Shown: positions 58,512 through 64,000 of the stretch, in pieces
Numbering within the stretch: the first letter of the stretch is position 1
Layout of the letters: each line of letters begins with the position of its first letter
NCBI GenBank assembly: GCA_964490795.1
Contig: CAZBDY010000001.1
Coordinates: 24,806 to 88,805, forward strand
Length of the DNA stretch: 64,000 nt
Direction of reading: 5' to 3'
From: Candidatus Woesearchaeota archaeon
GTDB lineage: Archaea > Nanobdellota > Nanobdellia > Pacearchaeales > GW2011-AR1
The notes under the pieces: model-generated
The model's database searches: none
What the model saw: only the letters and a program-made list of their open reading frames with translations
What the model was told of the DNA's origin: nothing
Made by a program: the position numbers and the translations under genes

Positions 58512-59225
58512 ATGAAATTAAGAATATTAATTTTCTGTTTAATATTAATTAATTTTCTTTTAATTGGTTATTTGATTTCTGAAAATGAAAATTATGAAAC
58601 AGCTTTAGTTTTAGAAATAATTGATGGAGACACTATTAAGACAGATATAGGCACAATTAGACTGTTAGGCATAAATTGTCCCGAAAAAAATAAATATTAT
58701 TATGAACAAAGCAAAAATTATCTTGAAAATCTACAAAATAAACAAATAAAATTATTTAAGACAAGTGAAAATAAAGACAGATATAACAGAAAATTAAGAT
58801 ATATATTTTTTCAGGGAAAAAATATTAATCTTGAAATAATAAAAAAAGGATTAGGACATACTTATTATTATGATAATGATAAATTTACATCTTCTTTAGA
58901 GTCAAGAGAAATAATAGCAAGACAACAAGAAAGAGGGATATGGAAATCAAGCAAAAACCAATGTAAAAATTGTATTAAACTTGTCAAATTAAATCACATA
59001 GATCCAGGAGAATATTTAATTTTAAAAAATTTTTGTAGATTTGATTGTAATTTATCTGGGTGGAATATAAAAGATGAGGCAAATCATTTTAAGATTTTAG
59101 ATTTTTCACTAAATCCAGGAGAACAATATCAAGTGAATTATTCTGGAAGAATCTGGAATGATGCTGGAGATAGCTTATTTTTACGTGATGAGAAAGGTTT
59201 ATTAGTTTTGTTTTATGAATATTAA
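58512..59225 (+). CDS. secreted thermonuclease (SNase-like) fused to a lamin-tail-domain-like C-terminus
   Basis: Signal/TM; SNase core VLEIIDGDTIKTDIGTIRLLGINCPE...R..Y..E; C-terminal beta-rich domain with conserved W/N/G pattern. Confidence 0.55.
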   Translation: MKLRILIFCLILINFLLIGYLISENENYETALVLEIIDGDTIKTDIGTIRLLGINCPEKNKYYYEQSKNYLENLQNKQIKLFKTSENKDRYNRKLRYIFFQGKNINLEIIKKGLGHTYYYDNDKFTSSLESREIIARQQERGIWKSSKNQCKNCIKLVKLNHIDPGEYLILKNFCRFDCNLSGWNIKDEANHFKILDFSLNPGEQYQVNYSGRIWNDAGDSLFLRDEKGLLVLFYEY

Positions 59226-59227
59226 TT

Positions 59228-59971
59228 ATGGAAATATTAACCCAAATATTACTTGCCTTTGTCCAAGCAGCAACCGAGTTTTTACCTATATCAAGTTCAG
59301 GGCATCTGGCTTTAATCTCAAATTTAATTTCAAAACCAGATTTATCTTTTATTATAACATTACATCTAGCTTCATTAATAGCAGTAATTATTTTTACAAG
59401 AAAAGAGATATATAAAATGATAACTTTTCAAAAAAAACATAGAAAATTATGGCTATATTTAATCATAGCAACAATTCCGGCAGGTTTAGTAGGAATTTTT
59501 CTTAGTGATTTTATAGAATCAACTTTTTCATCATATTTGTTTTTAGGAATATTTTTTATTTTTACCGGATTAGTTTTGATATTAACCAAATTAACTTATA
59601 CTTATTCTTTTCTTAATTCTAAAAACTCTCTGATTATAGGTTTATTTCAATCCTTAGCTTTATTCCCAGGAATTTCAAGAAGCGGGATGACAATTTCTTC
59701 TGGATTGTTTTCTGGAATAGAGAGAGAAACAGCAGTTAAATTTTCTTTCCTATTATTCATACCATTATCAATAGGGGCTTTTATCTTAAATCTGGCTAAA
59801 ACACAGGCTTATTTTTCTTTTTCATTAATAATCCCTTTTTTAGTAACTTTAATTTTCTCTATCTTATTTTTAAATTTATTATTAAAAATAGTTAAGAAAA
59901 ATTATTTTTGGCTTTTTTCTTTTTATTGTTTTTTAATTGGTTTAATTTCTCTAATTTTATACCTTAGATAA
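59228..59971 (+). CDS. uppP: undecaprenyl-diphosphatase (UppP/BacA)
   Basis: AATEFLPISSSGHLAL and PGISRSG motifs, 8 TM helices. Confidence 0.75.
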   Translation: MEILTQILLAFVQAATEFLPISSSGHLALISNLISKPDLSFIITLHLASLIAVIIFTRKEIYKMITFQKKHRKLWLYLIIATIPAGLVGIFLSDFIESTFSSYLFLGIFFIFTGLVLILTKLTYTYSFLNSKNSLIIGLFQSLALFPGISRSGMTISSGLFSGIERETAVKFSFLLFIPLSIGAFILNLAKTQAYFSFSLIIPFLVTLIFSILFLNLLLKIVKKNYFWLFSFYCFLIGLISLILYLR

Positions 59972-60045
59972 TCTTAAAAAAAGTAATTATTTTTTCTTTT
60001 TCTGATAGAAAAGTTTATAAACATATAGCAACTATATAACTTACT

Positions 60046-60279
60046 ATGGATACTACAATACAAATAAGTAAGGAGTTGTTAAAAAAATTACAATCCTTAA
60101 AAATTCATTCCAAAGAGAGCTATGAAGAATTAATCTGGGATTTAATAGATGATAGAATGGAATTAAGCAAAGAAACAAAAAGAGCAATAAAAGAATATGA
60201 AAACGATATAAAACAAGGAAATCTTAATAAATTTACAAATTTAGAAGATGTGAAAAAGGAGTTAAAATTAAATGCATAG
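60046..60279 (+). CDS. type II antitoxin (RelB/ParD-like)
   Basis: 77 aa helical protein immediately upstream of, and overlapping, a RelE/ParE-like toxin gene. Confidence 0.45.
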   Translation: MDTTIQISKELLKKLQSLKIHSKESYEELIWDLIDDRMELSKETKRAIKEYENDIKQGNLNKFTNLEDVKKELKLNA

Positions 60280-60523
60280 TTTGTTTTTTTATAATAACGC
60301 AAAAAAGCAATTAAGCAAACTCCCCGATAATGTTCAAAAAAGAATGATTAATTCTTTAGAGAGAATAAAGATAAGGCCTTTTCATTTTATTAAAAGAAAA
60401 GAAGGAACCCCCTATTTTATATTAAGGATAGGAGAATACAGAATTATTTTAGATGTTAAAAGAGATAAAATGATAATAATTGTAATTGAGATAGGACACA
60501 GAAAAAATATCTATAAAAAGTAA
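60272..60523 (+). CDS. RelE/ParE-family toxin
   Basis: KKQLSKLPDNVQKRMINSLERIK...LRIGEYRIILDVKRDKMIIIVIEIGHRKNIY. Confidence 0.6.
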   Translation: MHSLFFYNNAKKQLSKLPDNVQKRMINSLERIKIRPFHFIKRKEGTPYFILRIGEYRIILDVKRDKMIIIVIEIGHRKNIYKK

Positions 60524-60886
60524 TTATTTTTTCTTTTCTTGATTATTACTTTTAAATTTTTCCTTAATCTTTTTTTCTAATTTTTTCCTTTTCCTTTTCC
60601 TTCCCATTCTTGTAACTGTCACCATAATAAATATAACTGCAATAGTAACAATCACCGCTGAAAAAATATCATACATGTAAGGTTTTGAAAACCAGCCAAC
60701 ATTAATTAAAAACTCATCAATAAGACTTCTAATAGCGTCTCTCCAAACTAATGCAATAATAAAACCAAAACTTGCAACTACTGGCCCAGTCACATCACTT
60801 TTTATTTCGTCTTTGATTGCTTCTAACTCTCCTTTTAATTTAGCTATAACTTCTTTTTTTGGCTTTTTATTTTCTTCTTTTTTCAT
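60524..60886 (-). CDS. small membrane protein with basic termini
   Basis: 120 aa, two TM helices, K-rich ends. Confidence 0.3.
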   Translation of the reverse strand: MKKEENKKPKKEVIAKLKGELEAIKDEIKSDVTGPVVASFGFIIALVWRDAIRSLIDEFLINVGWFSKPYMYDIFSAVIVTIAVIFIMVTVTRMGRKRKRKKLEKKIKEKFKSNNQEKKK

Positions 60887-60921
60887 ATTTAAATTAATTA
60901 TTTTTTATTTTTAAACTTATC

Positions 60922-61299
60922 TCAACACTCACTTCTAACTCTATCTGTACTTTCAGCTATTTTCTCACTATTAAAACAAACTAAATTTTCTTTTTTAATT
61001 CTATCAGCATAATAGCAGGTACAAAGATAATATTTATCTGAATTAATACTTCCTACAAATTTAGCTCCTTTTTCACATCCTAACTCTATACATTTTTTTT
61101 GATTTTCACTTAATTTTTCTGGATTTGGATATTCTCTGTTATTAGAATAAAAATAAACAATTACTGAAAATAAAATAAGAAATAATAAAATTACTATAAC
61201 TAATATGACTGAATATTTTTTATTAGGTTTTATTTCTTTTTGATATTCTTGTTTCATTTTGTGAAGATTTCCATTTCTTTTTTCCAGAAGGAACCACAT
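60922..61299 (-). CDS. membrane-anchored Cys-containing protein, unknown
   Basis: 125 aa, one TM helix, 6 Cys. Confidence 0.3.
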   Translation of the reverse strand: MWFLLEKRNGNLHKMKQEYQKEIKPNKKYSVILVIVILLFLILFSVIVYFYSNNREYPNPEKLSENQKKCIELGCEKGAKFVGSINSDKYYLCTCYYADRIKKENLVCFNSEKIAESTDRVRSEC

Positions 61300-61570
61300 A
61301 AATTTTTTGAACTTTAAATGACTTATAAACTGACTCTAAAATATCAGTTCCAGCATAACCAGCTAATAAAGATAACCTATAATCAAAATTAAAAATTAAA
61401 CCAACAAACATTCCTATTAACATAGCAACAAAAGCAGTTATAATCCAATACCCCCATAATATCTGTCTCTTTAAAGCCATAGCTTTTAATAATCCTACCA
61501 ATCCACGAGTTAAACCTCCAGCCATTCCTAATGCTCCTGGCAATATTAATGTTGATATTAATTCATTCAT
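61223..61570 (-). CDS. small membrane protein
   Basis: 115 aa, 3 TM helices; overlaps the previous ORF by 77 nt in another frame, so one of the two starts is probably wrong. Confidence 0.3.
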   Translation of the reverse strand: MNELISTLILPGALGMAGGLTRGLVGLLKAMALKRQILWGYWIITAFVAMLIGMFVGLIFNFDYRLSLLAGYAGTDILESVYKSFKVQKIYVVPSGKKKWKSSQNETRISKRNKT

Positions 61571-61669
61571 TTTTCCTCTTTTTTATTATTAGATTTCAAT
61601 AATTTTTAAATGTTTTCTTTGTTCTGTATCACCATAAAATTTAAATAACTCTGTAAAAAGGATTAAGGC

Positions 61670-62101
61670 ATGGAAGAAAAAAAATCAAGAAGTTACAGAG
61701 ATTTAATTGTCGATAGCCCCTTTATTGCAGAGTTTTATTGTGAAAAAGGAGTTTATAGACCTATAGTTAATGAAAATCCAAGAAAAGCAAATATCCCAGT
61801 TTTAAATGAAGATTTTATTAGAGCAGGAAATATTATTAGAAGAGCAACAGGAACGTGTTTTTATGATGCTAATTTTGATGAAAACCCAAGATATATATCA
61901 AGAAAAGGAAATTCATTAAGTTGTAGTCAAAATGGATTAAATGAGGTTTTTTATATTATGGGAGGTATTGTTGCTTTAAAAAGATCTAATCCCTCAATAT
62001 TTTTAATTCATGAAACAAAAAAAGGGTTACAAGATCTTTCTTTTAGAACAGGATTGCCACTGCCTTTAACTGAAAGAGTAACTGGCAAAGAGTTAGAATA
62101 A
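61670..62101 (+). CDS. hypothetical protein
   Basis: 143 aa with no motifs recognised. Confidence 0.3.
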   Translation: MEEKKSRSYRDLIVDSPFIAEFYCEKGVYRPIVNENPRKANIPVLNEDFIRAGNIIRRATGTCFYDANFDENPRYISRKGNSLSCSQNGLNEVFYIMGGIVALKRSNPSIFLIHETKKGLQDLSFRTGLPLPLTERVTGKELE

Positions 62102-62401
62102 TTATTTTTTAAATTTAATATGTTTTTTTCCTATCTTGCTTTTATATTCATGATTTCTTTTACATAATTTACAATAATAAGTTTTATTATGATATGGTTT
62201 ATATCTTGAAAATATCTTAACAAAATCAGAAGCATATTTTTGGCTTGGTTTTTTTCCTGTTCTTAAACTTCTTCTTGCACTTCTCCATAAAATCTGATTA
62301 ATTAATTCTTCTACTGTTAAAAAATCTCTTTTAGCTCTTTTTTTCAGTTCATCTACAAGTTCTTTATCTAATCTTACTGAGAAAGTTTTCTTCTTCACCA
62401 T
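62102..62401 (-). CDS. ribbon-helix-helix DNA-binding protein with C-terminal zinc ribbon/basic tail
   Basis: N-terminal RHH-like FSVRLDKELVDELKKRAKRDFLTVEELINQIL; C-terminal CKLCKRNH...H. Confidence 0.4.
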   Translation of the reverse strand: MVKKKTFSVRLDKELVDELKKRAKRDFLTVEELINQILWRSARRSLRTGKKPSQKYASDFVKIFSRYKPYHNKTYYCKLCKRNHEYKSKIGKKHIKFKK

Positions 62402-62576
62402 CTTTTTATTATTCTAATTTAATTAGATATTTAAGTTTTTCTCTTCAGTTCTCTCTGATTTAGATAAACCATTAATACTGCTATAACAATAAACAACCAA
62501 TCAATAAAAAAAGTTAAAGCTAAAGATACTAATCCTATCAAAGAATATATTATAACTTTTTTATTTAACTTCTTTT

Positions 62577-63932
62577 TCATCTTCTTCTAGAAAAATTCCT
62601 TTTCCTACCATCTCTCCTATTTTCTCTTCTGTCATTTTTCCTACCATCTCTGTTCCTATCATTTCTTCCAAAATTTTTGTTTCCTCTTCTGCCCTCTTTT
62701 CTGTCATTTTTCCTATTATTTCTTTTATCTCTCCAATCCCCCTTGTCTTTGTCATTTCTTCCAAAATTTTTGTTTCTAAAACCCCTTTTAAATTTCCTAC
62801 TATCATCAACAACTATTTTTACTTTTTTTACATAAGGGGTTGCTTGTTTTTTAATATCTGTTTCAATACCTTTTAAAACAGCTGTAAAATTATCATAATC
62901 TCTGCTAGCAAGAATATTAATTGCCTTTCCTTTTTCACCTGCTCTGGCTGTTCTTCCAATCCTATGAGTATATTCTTTTCCTGTTTTTGGGATATCATAG
63001 TTATAAATATGGCTTACATTTTTAATATCTAAACCTCTTGCCGCCACATCTGTTGCAACTAAAACTTTAATATTGCTTTTATGAAATCTTTCCATAGTGC
63101 TTGTCCTTTTACTTTGAGAAAAACCACCATGGATTGCAATAGCATTAATGTTATTAATTTTAAGATTTTCAGCAACAAAATCAACATTTCTTTTTGTATT
63201 GCAAAAAACCATCACTAAATCTGATTTTTCATTTTTCAATAAATGAACAAGTAAAGAAAATTTTAAACCATCTGGAACATCATAATATATTTGTTCTAGA
63301 TTTTCTTCAGAAACATAATTTTCAGCACTTATTTTAATTGGATTTTTCATATATCTTTCCCCAATTTTTTCAATTTCATAAGAAATAGTAGCTGAAAATA
63401 ATAATGTTTGTTTATTTTTATTACATAAAGAAACTATTTTTTCTACATCATCAATAAAACCCATGTCTAACATTCTGTCTGCTTCATCTAAAACAAGTGT
63501 CTGAATTTCATTTAAATAAATTGTATTTCTATTTATATGGTCTAATAATCTTCCTGGTGTTCCTACAATTATATCAGCTTTTTTCAATGCTTTAATTTGA
63601 TTTACTATAGAAACTCCTCCATAAACTGCTACGCTTCTTAAAGGGTTATACTTAGAGAATTTTTTTATAGTATCATTAATTTGTTGTGCAAGTTCTCTTG
63701 TTGGAGTTAGTATTAATGCCTGAATTCCTTTTCCTGGTTTTGAATTTTGAATTATTCTTGAAATAAATGCAAGTGTTTTTCCACTTCCAGTTGCAGAGCC
63801 AGCTATAATATCCTTACCTTTTAATATTAAAGGAATTGTTTTGTCCTGAATTTCACTTGGTTTTTCAAATTTATGTTCTTTTATGACTTTTATTATTCCT
63901 TCACCTAAACCTAGTTTTCTAAAATTTTCCAT
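62577..63932 (-). CDS. DEAD-box ATP-dependent RNA helicase with Arg/Asp-rich C-terminal tail
   Basis: Q-motif, GSATGSGKTLAF, PTRELA, VLDEADRMLDMGF, SAT, HRIGRTARAG; RD/RN repeat tail. Confidence 0.85.
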   Translation of the reverse strand: MENFRKLGLGEGIIKVIKEHKFEKPSEIQDKTIPLILKGKDIIAGSATGSGKTLAFISRIIQNSKPGKGIQALILTPTRELAQQINDTIKKFSKYNPLRSVAVYGGVSIVNQIKALKKADIIVGTPGRLLDHINRNTIYLNEIQTLVLDEADRMLDMGFIDDVEKIVSLCNKNKQTLLFSATISYEIEKIGERYMKNPIKISAENYVSEENLEQIYYDVPDGLKFSLLVHLLKNEKSDLVMVFCNTKRNVDFVAENLKINNINAIAIHGGFSQSKRTSTMERFHKSNIKVLVATDVAARGLDIKNVSHIYNYDIPKTGKEYTHRIGRTARAGEKGKAINILASRDYDNFTAVLKGIETDIKKQATPYVKKVKIVVDDSRKFKRGFRNKNFGRNDKDKGDWRDKRNNRKNDRKEGRRGNKNFGRNDRNRDGRKNDRRENRRDGRKRNFSRRR

Positions 63933-64000
63933 GTTTTTGTTTAAATTTATATTTACACTATTTACTATATTGTTTTATTAAAAAAAGAAAAAGATAATTC

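Noticed and set aside
62561-62812. 83 aa ORF on the same strand as the DEAD-box helicase tail
   Set aside because: It is an alternative frame across the repetitive RD/RN-rich tail of the helicase; the helicase frame is continuous and motif-supported.
1-64000. CRISPR arrays or rRNA genes
   Set aside because: No regularly spaced 25-40 bp direct repeats and no rRNA-like conserved blocks were seen. The only periodic repeats are the coding GY repeat and the two slippage duplications.

Overview
This 64 kb window is AT-rich and reads as a small-genome archaeon, probably DPANN-like. The evidence is three things found together: archaeal class III signal-peptide pilins (MKKKG|ISPVVATILL), a FlaI/FlaJ-type assembly ATPase and membrane protein, and diphthine synthase plus an XerA-like recombinase. 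In order, the window holds: a type IV pilus/archaellum-like locus with five pilin-like genes, a compact SRP RNA, a surface-glycan locus (GT2/GT4/GT-C enzymes and a Wzx-like flippase), an archaeosortase next to a PEF-CTERM substrate, and housekeeping genes (ArgRS, IleRS, MiaB-like, diphthine synthase, TatD, Sua5, tmk, ThyA-like, uS10, UppP, DEAD-box helicase, tRNA-Leu, tRNA-Ser). Two regions look accessory. (1) A ~7.7 kb copper/redox island (P1B-ATPase, cupin, hemerythrin, DsrE-like, Trx/DsbA-like, Cys-rich proteins, membrane wHTH regulator) is bracketed by imperfect ~140-200 bp inverted repeats and sits beside the tyrosine recombinase. (2) A ~12.5 kb GC-shifted, cassette-like region (40.85-53.4 kb) has its genes separated by a recurring family of short-hairpin intergenic modules. 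It contains a tightly overlapping four-gene operon (APH/ChoK-like kinase, pol-beta nucleotidyltransferase, HAD phosphatase fused to a methyltransferase-like domain, xylose-isomerase-like TIM barrel) that I cannot place in any known pathway. Beside it are a NadE-like PP-loop enzyme, pyruvoyl arginine decarboxylase, a C39-like peptidase, two toxin-antitoxin pairs and an NPP-family phosphodiesterase. A stand-alone GGDEF protein, a frameshifted Nudix gene, a perfect 50 bp tandem duplication across a gene junction, and tRNA-Leu 3'-end fragment duplicates are also noted. All functional calls are motif recognition by eye; no database search was run.
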